Below, in pieces: positions 25,691 to 36,282 of a stretch of DNA of 64,000 bases. This DNA is from a virus (Duplodnaviria; Caudoviricetes): the IMG/VR virus record IMGVR_UViG_3300029305_011953, positions 9,990-73,989 of that record. One strand, written 5' to 3'. How positions within the stretch are numbered: the stretch's first letter is position 1; each line of letters opens with the position of its first letter. The notes under the pieces were generated by a model that saw only the letters and a list, made by a program, of their open reading frames with translations, had not been told where the DNA came from and made no database searches. A program made the translations under genes and the position numbers.

Positions 25691-27016
25691 ATGGGGTGGT
25701 TTACAAGCCTATTTCGGTCAAGGGATAAACCCAAGGTTGAAAATCGAACGGCGGGTAGCAGTTATACCTTTATGCTTGGCGGTTCAACAAGTGGCAAACC
25801 TGTAACCGAGCGTTCGGCAATGCAAATGACGGCGGTGTATTCGTGCGTTAGAATTTTGGCGGAAGCGGTGGCAGGTTTGCCGTTGCACTTATATCGATAT
25901 AAAGACGGCGGCGGTAAAGAAAAAGCAACCGACCATTCGTTATATCACCTTTTGCACGACGAGCCGAACCCAGAAATGAGTTCCTTTGTTTTTAGGGAAA
26001 CGTTGATGACACACCTTTTGCTTTGGGGGAATGCGTATGCGCAAATCATCCGCAACGGCAAGGGCGAGGTTGTGGCGTTGTACCCTTTGATGGCAAACAA
26101 AATGACCGTTGACAGGGATGAAAACGGGAAGATTATTTACAAGTATCAGCACACGAGCGAAGAAGCAAGCACGATGAAAAATACCATTGTAACGCTTGCC
26201 CCGAAGGATGTTCTTCACGTACCTGGTCTTGGGTTCGATGGTTTGGTGGGGTATTCGCCGATTGCAATGGCAAAGAATGCAATTGGTATGGCGATTGCCT
26301 GCGAAGAATACGGCGCAAAGTTCTTTGCGAACGGTGCTGCGCCGAGTGGAGTTTTGGAACATCCAGGCGTAATCAAAGACCCCAGTCGAGTGCGTGATGC
26401 TTGGCAGAGCCAGTTTGGTGGTTCGGCAAACGCAAATAAAGTGGCGGTTTTGGAAGAAGGGATGAAATATACGCCTATTTCCATTTCGCCAGAACAAGCA
26501 CAATTTCTTGAAACAAGAAAGTTTCAAATCAATGAAATTGCTCGAATTTTCCGAGTGCCTCCACATATGGTTGGCGATTTGGAAAAATCGAGCTTTTCTA
26601 ATATTGAACAGCAGAGCTTGGAGTTCGTAAAGTATACGCTTGAACCGTGGCTTGTGCGGTGGGAACAATCGCTTGCAAGGGCGTTATTTTCCATCGACGA
26701 AAAAACGGAGTTGTTCGTTAAATTCAACGTGGAAGGGTTGCTTCGTGGCGATTATAAAAGCCGAATGGAAGGTTATGCAACGGCTCGTCAAAACGGTTGG
26801 ATGAGCGCAAACGATATACGAGAACTCGAAAATATGGAACGAATTCCCGAAGAAAAAGGCGGGGATTTGTATTTGGTAAACGGCAATATGCTACCGCTTG
26901 GTATGGCGGGGGCTTATGCAAATTCAAAAAAAGAGGAGGACAATAGTGAAGAAGTTTTGGAAGTGGAAGAACCAGTCTCCAACCGCAGACGAAAGCGGAC
27001 ACGAGAAACCGACTGA
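25691..27016 (+). CDS. HK97-family portal protein
   Basis: AVYSCVRILAEAVAGLP, LLLWGNAYA, GLVGYSPI, QFLETRKFQINEIARIFRVPPHMVGDLEKSSFSNIEQQ. Confidence 0.95.
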   Translation: MGWFTSLFRSRDKPKVENRTAGSSYTFMLGGSTSGKPVTERSAMQMTAVYSCVRILAEAVAGLPLHLYRYKDGGGKEKATDHSLYHLLHDEPNPEMSSFVFRETLMTHLLLWGNAYAQIIRNGKGEVVALYPLMANKMTVDRDENGKIIYKYQHTSEEASTMKNTIVTLAPKDVLHVPGLGFDGLVGYSPIAMAKNAIGMAIACEEYGAKFFANGAAPSGVLEHPGVIKDPSRVRDAWQSQFGGSANANKVAVLEEGMKYTPISISPEQAQFLETRKFQINEIARIFRVPPHMVGDLEKSSFSNIEQQSLEFVKYTLEPWLVRWEQSLARALFSIDEKTELFVKFNVEGLLRGDYKSRMEGYATARQNGWMSANDIRELENMERIPEEKGGDLYLVNGNMLPLGMAGAYANSKKEEDNSEEVLEVEEPVSNRRRKRTRETD

Positions 27017-27689
27017 ACGTGTACTTGAACTTTACGGTACGATTGCAGAGGAAAGTTGGTTTGACGACGAAGTAACCCCGCGAATGTTCAAAGATGAGTT
27101 ATTCGCAGGGAACGGCCCCATCACGATTTGGATTAACTCGCCTGGCGGGGATTGTGTTGCGGCGAGTCAAATCTATTCGATGTTGATGGACTATAAAGAC
27201 AATGTCACGGTCAAGATTGACGGTATCGCTGCATCCGCCGCATCGGTAATTGCGATGGCTGGTACGAAGGTTCTAATGGCACCCACGGCAATGATGATGA
27301 TTCACAATCCACTCACGGCGGTTTTCGGCAATTACGAAGATATGCAGAAAGCCATTGAGATGTTGGACGAAGTCAAGGAATCCATTATCAACGCCTACGA
27401 AATCAAGACGGGGCAATCGAGAGCGAAACTTTCCCACCTTATGGATGCGGAAACGTGGATGAACGCCAATAAAGCACTTGAACTTGGTTTCTGTGATGGT
27501 CTCTTGGAAGACGAGAAAAAGGGCGGATTGAACGTTGGTTTCGCCTTCTCTCGGAAAGAGGTCAATAACGCATTTATCAACAAGGTCGTAGCGAAAATAC
27601 CCAAAGCGCCTGAACCTCAAATTGAGGAAACAGGGCGTTCCGTTGACGATCTTAAAAAGGCAATCAAACAAATTAAAGAGGTCATTTAA
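26946..27689 (+). CDS. ClpP-like prohead protease
   Basis: INSPGGD, DGIAASAASVIAMAG, MMIHNP, ETWMNANKALELGFCD; GTG start overlapping the portal end. Confidence 0.92.
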   Translation: MKKFWKWKNQSPTADESGHEKPTERVLELYGTIAEESWFDDEVTPRMFKDELFAGNGPITIWINSPGGDCVAASQIYSMLMDYKDNVTVKIDGIAASAASVIAMAGTKVLMAPTAMMMIHNPLTAVFGNYEDMQKAIEMLDEVKESIINAYEIKTGQSRAKLSHLMDAETWMNANKALELGFCDGLLEDEKKGGLNVGFAFSRKEVNNAFINKVVAKIPKAPEPQIEETGRSVDDLKKAIKQIKEVI

Positions 27690-27702
27690 GGAGGAAAAAA
27701 TT

Positions 27703-28935
27703 ATGACTTTAAACGCAATGATTGAAAAACGCAAGAAACTTTTGAACACGATGGATGGATTCCTTGATACCCATAAGGGCGTTAATGGTGTCCTTTCCAA
27801 AGAAGACGACGCGGTATACGCAGAAATGGAACAGGAATTCAAAGACCTGACGACCGAAATTCAGCGTATGCAACGCCGTGAAGAAATGGAGCGTGAGATG
27901 AATAAACCCATCAATACGCCCATTACAGAAAAGCCTATGAACGTACCTTCCACGGAAGCGGAAGAAAAAAAGGGCAGAGCATCCAAAGCCTACAACAAGG
28001 CGTTCTGGAAGAAGACGAGAGAAAGAACGGGTTTTGATACCCTTTCCGTTGAAATGAAGAACGCATTGCAAGAAGGCACGGATTCCGAAGGTGGCTACCT
28101 TGTACCCGACGAGTTTGAAAATACGCTCGTTCAATCCCTTGAAGAAGAGAATATCGTCAGAAAGTTGGCGCATACGTTCACGACTTCCGCAGGTGATAGA
28201 AAAATTCCTATCGTTACGACGAAGGGTACGGCAGCGTGGACGGGTGAGGAACAAGCCTACCACGAAAGCGATGACACGTTCGGTCAACAGAGTATCGGTG
28301 CGCATAAGGTAACGACCCTTATTAAAGTATCCGAAGAACTTCTTAACGACTCGGCGTTTGACCTTGAAGGTTATTTCTCGACCGAGTTTGCCCGTCGTAT
28401 CGGCAACAAGGAAGAAGAGGCGTTCCTTTTGGGTGATGGCGATAATAAGCCCTTGGGTATTCTCTCTGAAACGGGCGGTGCGGAAATCGGCGTAACGACC
28501 GCATCTGCAACGGCGATTACGGCAGACGAACTCATCGACTTGTTCTACAGCCTTAATTCTGCATACAGAAAGAACGCAGTATGGCTTTTGAACGACAGCA
28601 CGATGAAGGTTATCCGTAAGTTGAAGGACAGCAGCGGTCAGTATTTGTGGCAACCCGCACTTCACGAAGGCGGTCACGAGACCTTGCTTGGCAAGCGTAT
28701 CTACACCTCGCCTTACTTCCCTGAAGTGGCATCGGGCAACAAAACGGTCGCATTCGGCGATTTCTCGTTCTATTGGATTGGTGACCGCCAAGGCATCAAT
28801 TTCCGCAGATTGAACGAACTTTACGCTACCACGGGGCAGGTTGGGTTCATTGCCTCCAAACGTTTGGACGGTAAACTCATTCTTCCCGAAGCGGTCAAGG
28901 TTCTTCAACAGAAAGGTGGCACGACTACCGCCTAA
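27703..28935 (+). CDS. HK97-family major capsid protein
   Basis: Coiled-coil delta domain, LQEGTDSEGGYLVPDEF, VSEELLNDSAFDLEGY, YLWQPAL, AFGDFSFYWIGDR. Confidence 0.95.
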   Translation: MTLNAMIEKRKKLLNTMDGFLDTHKGVNGVLSKEDDAVYAEMEQEFKDLTTEIQRMQRREEMEREMNKPINTPITEKPMNVPSTEAEEKKGRASKAYNKAFWKKTRERTGFDTLSVEMKNALQEGTDSEGGYLVPDEFENTLVQSLEEENIVRKLAHTFTTSAGDRKIPIVTTKGTAAWTGEEQAYHESDDTFGQQSIGAHKVTTLIKVSEELLNDSAFDLEGYFSTEFARRIGNKEEEAFLLGDGDNKPLGILSETGGAEIGVTTASATAITADELIDLFYSLNSAYRKNAVWLLNDSTMKVIRKLKDSSGQYLWQPALHEGGHETLLGKRIYTSPYFPEVASGNKTVAFGDFSFYWIGDRQGINFRRLNELYATTGQVGFIASKRLDGKLILPEAVKVLQQKGGTTTA

Positions 28936-28952
28936 CACAAGGAGGATAAGCT

Positions 28953-29243
28953 ATGCTCGAACTTAAGGAAACGAAAGAGTTCTTGCGAATAGATGGGGAT
29001 GAGGAAGATAACCTCATCTCCACGCTTATTCTCACAGCCCAAACGTTGACCGAGGACGTAATACGCCAAAAATTATCGGAATTCGAGGAAGTACCTGAAC
29101 CTATCCACCAAGCAATGTTGATTTTGGTTGGAACGCTCTACGAAGAAAGGCAAATCTCGAAAGAAAAGTCGGGTGTTGATATCAAAGAAACACTCGATTT
29201 AGTTCGTCGGATGTTGTTTGCGTATAGGAGGACAATGTTTTGA
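28953..29243 (+). CDS. Head-tail connector protein (gp6-like)
   Basis: KEFLRIDGDEEDNLISTLI...AMLILVGTLYEER. Confidence 0.88.
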   Translation: MLELKETKEFLRIDGDEEDNLISTLILTAQTLTEDVIRQKLSEFEEVPEPIHQAMLILVGTLYEERQISKEKSGVDIKETLDLVRRMLFAYRRTMF

Positions 29244-29590
29244 AAATCGGTAGACTAAATCGGCGGATAGATGTTTTGGAATATAAAACCAAGCGCGACG
29301 AGTATGGCGGCGAGGAAGGCAAGTGGGAAATAACGGACACACTCTGGGCGAGTATCGAACCCGTAAGTGGAACAGAATTTTTCCAAGCCCAAACCGTCAA
29401 TGCGGAAACCGTTGTAAAGATTACCGTGCGGTATAATCCCAAGATTACCGTGTTGAACAGAATCCAATATCAAGGCACCGTGTACGAGATTATTGGCGTA
29501 ATTGATAGTCATACGGCGCACAGGGCTACGGTATTAAATTGCAAGGAGAGAGTGAACGATGGGTTATGCAGCAAAGCAGAAGAAGGTTAA
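29240..29590 (+). CDS. Head closure / head-tail adaptor protein
   Basis: GRLNRRI, LWASIEPVSGTEFFQA, ITVRY, YEIIGVID. Confidence 0.88.
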   Translation: MKIGRLNRRIDVLEYKTKRDEYGGEEGKWEITDTLWASIEPVSGTEFFQAQTVNAETVVKITVRYNPKITVLNRIQYQGTVYEIIGVIDSHTAHRATVLNCKERVNDGLCSKAEEG

Positions 29591-29954
29591 GGTTGGTATT
29601 GAAGGTGCGGATAAAATCGTGAAGGAATTAAAAGCGATGGAAGAGAACGCATCCGACGTGCTTATGCAGGGGGCAAAGGCAGGTGGGAAGATAGCACTTG
29701 CTGATGCTCGGCAGAATTGCCCTGTGGATACAGGCGCATTAAAAGCAAGCCTTGATTTGACGGAAATGAAAGCAACGGCAACGAAGGCAACTGTAAAAGT
29801 TGACTACGATAAATCGCTCCAATATGGAACGCATGTCGAACTTGGTGCAAGGGGCAGACCAGGCAATCCTTTTTTGCGTAATGCGGTGGATAAAAATATC
29901 GACCAAATTAACAGAGAAATTGTCAACGTGATTTCCAAGGCGGTGGGGAGGTAA
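29559..29954 (+). CDS. HK97 gp10-like tail completion protein
   Basis: PVDTGALKASL, HVELGARGRPGNPFLRNA. Confidence 0.85.
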   Translation: MGYAAKQKKVKVGIEGADKIVKELKAMEENASDVLMQGAKAGGKIALADARQNCPVDTGALKASLDLTEMKATATKATVKVDYDKSLQYGTHVELGARGRPGNPFLRNAVDKNIDQINREIVNVISKAVGR

Positions 29955-29956
29955 GA

Positions 29957-30367
29957 ATGAAGGATATTTGTCAAGCGCTCTACGAGTATTTGAGTGGAAT
30001 AACGGAAATCCAAGACCGAGTGCAAGGACGAGTTTATCCCATTCTTCTTCCGCAAGATAAACCCCTTCCAGCAATTGTTTATTCGCCTGTTATAGCGAAT
30101 TACGATTCCGCTTTGCAAGGGGATACGGGTTTCGTCAAGCAAACGATTCAGTTTGTTTGCCATGACACGACCTATAAACGAACGAGGGAATTATCCCGAA
30201 TGCTGAAACGAGCATTCCAGGATTTCCACGGAGATATGTGCGGGTTGTTTATTCAAGCCGTATTTATCAAAAGTGATTACGAGTACAACGCAAATACGTC
30301 TCTTAAATTTGATATGGGAGAGTATATGTCAAGTCTCGAATTTGAATTCTTTTTCAATGAAAAATAA
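29957..30367 (+). CDS. Tail terminator protein (DUF3168-like)
   Basis: GRVYPILLPQDKPLPAIVY; expected position. Confidence 0.8.
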   Translation: MKDICQALYEYLSGITEIQDRVQGRVYPILLPQDKPLPAIVYSPVIANYDSALQGDTGFVKQTIQFVCHDTTYKRTRELSRMLKRAFQDFHGDMCGLFIQAVFIKSDYEYNANTSLKFDMGEYMSSLEFEFFFNEK

Positions 30368-30381
30368 TAGGAGGAACAATT

Positions 30382-30780
30382 ATGGCTATTGCAGGTAAGA
30401 ACGGTAAAGTCGTGATCGGCGGAAGTTCTGAAAAGGTAGTTGGTATTAAGAACTGGTCGTTGGAGCTTTCGTTGGAAACGCTTGAAACTACCGCCCTTGG
30501 TGATGATTGGAAAAATTATATCACGGGCTTGAAAGAATGGACGGCAAGTTCCGAAGGCGATTATAACGTACCGTCGGATACGGCTGGTCAAGAAGCGTTA
30601 CAGACGGCATTCCTGAACGGCGAAACCGTAACGGTCAAACTGTACGTGGACGGAAAGAACTATTACCAAGGCGAGGCTTATATTTCGAGCCTTTCCATTG
30701 AAGACCCTGTGGACGACGTCGTAACAATTAGCATTGAGTTCACGGGTTCGGGCGCACTTTCCTTTGAAAAGGGCGTATAA
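30382..30780 (+). CDS. Major tail tube protein
   Basis: MAIAGKNGKV, WSLELS.ETLETTALGDDWKNYITGLKEW, YQGEAYISSLSI. Confidence 0.88.
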   Translation: MAIAGKNGKVVIGGSSEKVVGIKNWSLELSLETLETTALGDDWKNYITGLKEWTASSEGDYNVPSDTAGQEALQTAFLNGETVTVKLYVDGKNYYQGEAYISSLSIEDPVDDVVTISIEFTGSGALSFEKGV

Positions 30781-30797
30781 ACAAAAAGGAGTAAATT

Positions 30798-31115
30798 ATG
30801 AAGAAAGGTGTAACGATTCAACTTGATAAACCCAGAACCCTTCGCTACGGCATCAATGCTCTTGCGAAAATCGAAGATATCATCGGCAGACCTATTATGG
30901 GTCTTGACCTTGAAAAGCTCGGCATCAAAGAACTGCTTGCGATTGTTTACGCAGGTCTTTATCACGAAGATAAAAACCTCACGGTTTCCAAGGTCGGCGA
31001 TTTGATTGATGATTATTCCGACTTAAACGAAATTGCTGAAAAACTCGGCGAAGCGTTGACGGAGGCATTCGGTAAACCCAAGACGGAAACGGCGGAGGAT
31101 ACCACGGGGGAATAA
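30798..31115 (+). CDS. Tail assembly chaperone (gpG-like)
   Basis: LRYGINALAKIE; between tube and tape measure; ends at slippery G GGG GAA TAA. Confidence 0.8.
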   Translation: MKKGVTIQLDKPRTLRYGINALAKIEDIIGRPIMGLDLEKLGIKELLAIVYAGLYHEDKNLTVSKVGDLIDDYSDLNEIAEKLGEALTEAFGKPKTETAEDTTGE

Positions 31116-31429
31116 ACGCCGCCACTTTTGACTTATCTAACTTCTGTGATAGGGCTGTCGTGCAACTTGGTATTGACCCGTTGATAATTGGCGAATATAC
31201 GCCTTACGAGTTAGTGCTTTTAGCCAAGCAAAAGAGGGAACGTGAGCAACAGCAGTTTGAAAACGACCTTGTTTTGGCTTGGCATATCGAGGCTTTCGGT
31301 AGGCAAAAACGTCTGCCGAAACTTGAAAAAATATTAAAAGATGCACGGCGAAAGCCCAAGAAAACAGACAGTCGGAGTGATGCCATTTTGAAAGCAATGG
31401 CGGCGGAAAAAGGAGTAATTATCGAATAG
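31106..31429 (+). CDS. Tail assembly chaperone extension (gpT-like), probably made by -1 frameshift
   Basis: The -1 frame is open from 31106 (GGINAATFDLSNFCDRAVVQLGIDP...) to 31429. Confidence 0.65.
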   Translation, partial: GGINAATFDLSNFCDRAVVQLGIDPLIIGEYTPYELVLLAKQKREREQQQFENDLVLAWHIEAFGRQKRLPKLEKILKDARRKPKKTDSRSDAILKAMAAEKGVIIE

Positions 31430-31440
31430 GAGGGGAATAG

Positions 31441-34128
31441 ATGGCAGTAATAAGAAACCTTGTTGTGAAGATTGCAGCCGACATCTCTTCGCTATCGAAA
31501 GGACTACAAAACGCGCAAAAGCAAATCCAGAAAGTTTCGGCGGGTTTTACAAAGGCAGGTACGAAGTTAACGGCAGGAATAACTGCGCCTTTATTGGCGT
31601 TAGGGGGAACTGCTATTAAAATTTCAAAGGATTTCGAGCAATCAATGGCAAACGCCGCATCTGTTTCGGGTGCGACGGGCGAAGAACTCCAAGAAATGAC
31701 AGACCTTGCTCGTCGAATGGGTGCAAAAACGGTCTTCTCGGCATCCGAGGCGGCAGACGCACTTTATTATATGGCATCGGCGGGTTATAAAGTCGACCAG
31801 ATGTCAAGCTCTATCGAGGCAACGCTGAACCTTGCATCTGCAACCCAAAGTGACCTTGCATTTACAACCGATACCGTTATTTCGGCTCTCAACCAGTTCG
31901 GGTTGGAGGCGAGTTCAGCAGAGCGTGTAACGAACGTTTATGCCGCCGCTATCGGTGCATCAATGGCGAGTATGGATAAACTATCCACATCAATGGGGTA
32001 TATTGGCCCCGTGGCGCATAGCCTTGGATGGGAAATTGAAGAAGTCACGGGTGCGCTTTCGGTTTTGTATAATGCAGGTTATGACGGCTCAACGGCAGGT
32101 ACTTCGTTAAGACAGGCGCTTGTGGCATTGATGAACCCGACTTCATCGGCAATTAAGGTTTTTGATGAGTTGGGTATCAATTTGGAACAACTTGACCCGA
32201 CATCAAACGACCTTGCCTCAATTTTGGATACGCTTTCTGCGGCTGGAATGACAACTGCCCAAGCAATGGAAGTTTTCGGCGCAAGGGCAGGTCCTGGTAT
32301 GTTGGCATTGATGAGCGCCGGTGGTGATGCCGTTCGTGATATGACGGCGGCGGTCACGGGGACAAACAAAGCCAACGAAATGGCTGCACAACAATTGGAT
32401 ACCTTGGAAGGGCAATGGGCGGAATTAACCTCCCAATTGGAAGAAATCGCCATTATGTTCGGTGACGTTTTAATTCCAATTATAAGGCAATTAATAACGA
32501 AATACATCACGCCACTCACAACTAAATTAATGGGAATGAGTATGGGGACAAGAAAAAACGTCGTTGTTATTGCTTTGTTGGCGGCGGCGATTGGCCCCTT
32601 GTTGCTTGTGATGGGGAAACTTATATCAAGCGTAGGGATGATTGCGAAGGTTGCTTCTGTTCTCTTCTCGAAGGTTGGCTTAATTATTATGATTATTGCC
32701 GCCGTTATCGGGGTGTTGATTTATCTTTGGAAAACGAATGAGGATTTCCGAAACTTCGTCAAAAAGGTATGGGATCAGATAAAGAAATTTATTCTTTCTG
32801 CGGTTGAAAAAGTCAAGTCGTGGTGGGATAAAAACGGCGAGAAAATAATCAATGAAGCAAAGAAAGCCTTGCAAGCGTTGTGGAATACGGTCAAGTATAT
32901 TTTCTCGCTTATTTGGAAAATCGTCGTTGAAGTTTTCGGTATCGTCAAGGATATAGTTTTAGACGTTTTGTCTTTAATTGCACAGTTCTGGCAACAGTAT
33001 GGTGCGAAGATATGGGCAACGGTAAAAAATCTGTTCACGCAGATTTGGAGTATCGTCAAAACCTGCCTTGATATTATCGTGGATGCGGTATTGAAATTTT
33101 TAACGTATGTACGACCGATATGGGAAAATATCAAGTCCTTATTTGCCTCGCTTTGGGATACAATCGTTCAACTTTACGAAACGTTAAAGCCGATTTTTGA
33201 ACTTATCGGTGGGGTGGTCTTGTCGCTTTTAGGCGTTGTCGTTGGCGTGGTTGACGGCATTATTTCTGCACTTGGCCCCTTAATCCAAGCGGTGATAGAC
33301 GTTGGTAAGGCGGTGTTTGACATTGTCAAGATGGTTTGTGCCTTACTTCGTGGTGACTGGGCAGAGGCTTGGGAATATATGAAGAGCTTTGCCCTTAATA
33401 TCTGGTCAGCAATAAAGAATATTTTCCTTGGAATTTGGGAGTTCATACAAGGATTCTGCGACGGAATTGGAAAATTTTTCGGGAATCTTGGCGATACAAT
33501 TGTCAATATTTTTAAGGCTGCCTGGGAAGGCATATCCTCGTTCTTCGTAAATCTCTGGGACGGTATCTGTTCCGTTTGCGGTTGGATTTGGGATAAAATT
33601 ACGGGGTTGTTTTCAAGTATTGGCGATTTCTTTGCGGATATTATTGCCGATGCGTTCAATTGGGGTAAGAACCTAATTCAAAACATAGGTGACGGTATCG
33701 AGGCTGCTTGGGATTGGGTTGTTGACGGTGTAAAGGACATAGGTGGAGCTATCAAGGACTTCCTTGGGTTCGGTTCACCGACAAAGAAAGGACCAGGACA
33801 TACCGCCGACGAATGGATTCCAAACCTAATGGAAATGATGGCGATGGATATGTATGCAAATATCCCGCTTATCCAAAGAGCAGCAATTCAAGTGGCATCT
33901 GCCTTGAACCCGACTTCGCCAAATAAGGCGGTGGTTGGAACAGGCAGCAGTCCTTATGGAGACCTTTTGAACGGTTTATTGCAAGGTATGGTTGCAACCA
34001 ATAATCCAGGAGGCGAAGAGAAAAACGAAATCGTTATGGAACTTGATGGTCAGACGTTTGCGCGTTTGATTGTTCCAAAATTAACGAGAGAATATAAACG
34101 AAATGGTGTCTTTTTGAAGGAGGTATAG
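31441..34128 (+). CDS. Tape measure protein (TP901 family)
   Basis: FEQSMANAASVSGAT, AADALYYMASAG, TM segment, and W/F-periodic helical repeats. Confidence 0.93.
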   Translation: MAVIRNLVVKIAADISSLSKGLQNAQKQIQKVSAGFTKAGTKLTAGITAPLLALGGTAIKISKDFEQSMANAASVSGATGEELQEMTDLARRMGAKTVFSASEAADALYYMASAGYKVDQMSSSIEATLNLASATQSDLAFTTDTVISALNQFGLEASSAERVTNVYAAAIGASMASMDKLSTSMGYIGPVAHSLGWEIEEVTGALSVLYNAGYDGSTAGTSLRQALVALMNPTSSAIKVFDELGINLEQLDPTSNDLASILDTLSAAGMTTAQAMEVFGARAGPGMLALMSAGGDAVRDMTAAVTGTNKANEMAAQQLDTLEGQWAELTSQLEEIAIMFGDVLIPIIRQLITKYITPLTTKLMGMSMGTRKNVVVIALLAAAIGPLLLVMGKLISSVGMIAKVASVLFSKVGLIIMIIAAVIGVLIYLWKTNEDFRNFVKKVWDQIKKFILSAVEKVKSWWDKNGEKIINEAKKALQALWNTVKYIFSLIWKIVVEVFGIVKDIVLDVLSLIAQFWQQYGAKIWATVKNLFTQIWSIVKTCLDIIVDAVLKFLTYVRPIWENIKSLFASLWDTIVQLYETLKPIFELIGGVVLSLLGVVVGVVDGIISALGPLIQAVIDVGKAVFDIVKMVCALLRGDWAEAWEYMKSFALNIWSAIKNIFLGIWEFIQGFCDGIGKFFGNLGDTIVNIFKAAWEGISSFFVNLWDGICSVCGWIWDKITGLFSSIGDFFADIIADAFNWGKNLIQNIGDGIEAAWDWVVDGVKDIGGAIKDFLGFGSPTKKGPGHTADEWIPNLMEMMAMDMYANIPLIQRAAIQVASALNPTSPNKAVVGTGSSPYGDLLNGLLQGMVATNNPGGEEKNEIVMELDGQTFARLIVPKLTREYKRNGVFLKEV

Positions 34129-34129
34129 G

Positions 34130-34486
34130 GTGGAATTTTTAAGATTAAACGGTAAAGCCATCAAAGCGCCGAAAGAAATCACAATCTCGCCTGAAAACCT
34201 TGATAAGGCGGAAAGAACAATGGACGGAACGATGGTGGTTGACATCATCGGTACGAAAAGGAAGATTGATGCCTCTTGGGAATACCTCTCGAAAGAAGAT
34301 ATGGCGATTTTGGCAAATGCAACACGGAAAGAAACTTTTACGCAGGTAACCTTCCACGACAAAACTACGGCAGAACTTATTACGATAACCGCAAGAGCAG
34401 AGGGGCTTACGTATAGCCCTTTCTACGACTGGGCGAAGGATAAACTTCTGTGGAAAGGTGTGGCGGTTACCTTTAAGGAAAAGTAA
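34130..34486 (+). CDS. Distal tail (Dit-like, DUF6711-like) protein
   Basis: Follows the TMP; KAERTMDGTMVVDIIGTKRKI. Confidence 0.7.
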   Translation: MEFLRLNGKAIKAPKEITISPENLDKAERTMDGTMVVDIIGTKRKIDASWEYLSKEDMAILANATRKETFTQVTFHDKTTAELITITARAEGLTYSPFYDWAKDKLLWKGVAVTFKEK

Positions 34487-34496
34487 GGAGGGGAGT

Positions 34497-36272
34497 ATGG
34501 AATATTCAGACAATCCTCGCAAAATTTACGGAAAAGTCGAAATCGTCTATTCGGATGCGGATATCAGTAAAGACCTTGAAACGACCGAAAGCGGAAATTC
34601 TGAAATCAGCCATCCGCAGGAAATTTATCGTGGGTATGCAACGCCCACAGTACGTGCTTGCACGATGGACGGGAACTGTACTATGGACGGGTCTTGGTTT
34701 ATGATAGACGATTCGTGCAAATGTGGGTGGTGGAGTGGCTCACTTTCCGATGGGAATGGTGTGTTTGCAACGCCACCTTTTATTGAGCTTGCGTTCGTTC
34801 AACGACCTATTATTTCTTGGAAAATTAAAGGAGATAGCAAGCTCGAACAGTACCCTGTTGATTTTAGAATTGATTATAAAAGGAACGGAACAATAGTACG
34901 GAGCGAAAACATAGTCGGGAATGACTTGTTGGAAGTTTTGTTGACTCCAAAAATTGAGGACATTACGTCTGTTCGGATGACTATAACGAAGTGGAGCAAG
35001 GGCAATGCGTGTGCAAAAATAATGCAGTTTTATGAAACCTTGTTTGAAACGTATGAAGGCGATGCGATGCAGATGTTTGAGGTCAACGAGGAACTCGGTG
35101 CAGCAGACGGCAATTACAATATTAACTCTGATACGATGACCGTCTCGATTTATAACGAAGAGCGAAAATTCGACAAGGGATACTTGCGTTCCTTAACGGT
35201 GCTTGACCGAAAGGTGATGCCGTATTTGGGAATAGAAAAGGATGGGAAAATCGAGTATACGGCACTTGGCACATTTTATTCCGACGAATGGCAAGTCAGC
35301 CAAGATAGTCAATGGGTCAAATGCAACGCCGTCGATAAGTTGATGCGATTGCAGACAAAGACCTATGTGGGTTTTCCTTTGACAAATAACGCTACCATGT
35401 ACGAGATTACGGAGGATATTTTGCAGAAGGGTGGGTTAACACCAAGCCAATACATTATATCCGAAGAATTAAAGAATATGGTAGTCCCGATGGCGTTTAT
35501 TCCAAAAATTTCTGTTTGGGATGCTTTACAGGAAATCGCAAACGCGGGACTTTGTAAAATTTATATGGATAGGCAAGATAGAACGATTGTCAGGGCGGAG
35601 AGTGAAGTACCGATTGAGGAAACGGTTCGTATTTCTCCGAGCAATATGTTCACTTACACGAGCAATATCACGCTGACGGAATTCGCAAACAGCGTAAATG
35701 TGGAATACTGCGAAATTACATTGTCGGATGATTTAGTGGATACGGCAGAAATCGAAGTTGTTTTGAATCCATATGAAAGCAAAGTTGTTGAATGCGATTA
35801 TACTTCCGATATTGCGTATGCCTCTGCGGTTTCTGATAATTCAAAGGTGCGAATCAGTAATTTTACAAGTGGCGTTAATGCAGGGACTATGACGGTAAGC
35901 AACACATCGGGCGAGTACGCAACGGCAATTATTACAATATCCGGCAACGCAATAGAGGTAAACTCCAAGAAGATAAATAAGCAAGATGCCGAAAGTGTGG
36001 ACAATTTCGGTGTAATAGAATATACGCACCCCGCAAGCGAGTTGGTTCAAAGTAGCGAACACGCTGTCCATATCGCAAATATTTTACTTGGAAAAATGAA
36101 AGCAAATCAAGGAAACATCACTACGACGTGGCGTGGTAATCCTGCGTTGCAATTGGGTGATAGTTATGAGTGCGAGGATCGTTTCGGCGATACAAATAAA
36201 TTGATTTGCGAGTATAACAAATTTAGCTTTGACGGGGGATTGAAACAAGAAACCCGTGGAAGGAAGGTATAG
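34497..36272 (+). CDS. Baseplate hub / tail-associated (Tal-like) protein
   Basis: LGTFYSDEW, DALQEIANAG..YMDRQ, WRGNPALQLGD C-terminus. Confidence 0.75.
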   Translation: MEYSDNPRKIYGKVEIVYSDADISKDLETTESGNSEISHPQEIYRGYATPTVRACTMDGNCTMDGSWFMIDDSCKCGWWSGSLSDGNGVFATPPFIELAFVQRPIISWKIKGDSKLEQYPVDFRIDYKRNGTIVRSENIVGNDLLEVLLTPKIEDITSVRMTITKWSKGNACAKIMQFYETLFETYEGDAMQMFEVNEELGAADGNYNINSDTMTVSIYNEERKFDKGYLRSLTVLDRKVMPYLGIEKDGKIEYTALGTFYSDEWQVSQDSQWVKCNAVDKLMRLQTKTYVGFPLTNNATMYEITEDILQKGGLTPSQYIISEELKNMVVPMAFIPKISVWDALQEIANAGLCKIYMDRQDRTIVRAESEVPIEETVRISPSNMFTYTSNITLTEFANSVNVEYCEITLSDDLVDTAEIEVVLNPYESKVVECDYTSDIAYASAVSDNSKVRISNFTSGVNAGTMTVSNTSGEYATAIITISGNAIEVNSKKINKQDAESVDNFGVIEYTHPASELVQSSEHAVHIANILLGKMKANQGNITTTWRGNPALQLGDSYECEDRFGDTNKLICEYNKFSFDGGLKQETRGRKV

Positions 36273-36282
36273 GAGGTAGAGA

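Noticed and set aside
27709-28938. 409-aa antisense ORF over the capsid gene, and similar long antisense ORFs (e.g. 10288-11082, 25940-26668)
   Set aside because: They mirror strongly biased coding genes, lack an RBS or recognisable motifs, and are best explained as shadow frames.
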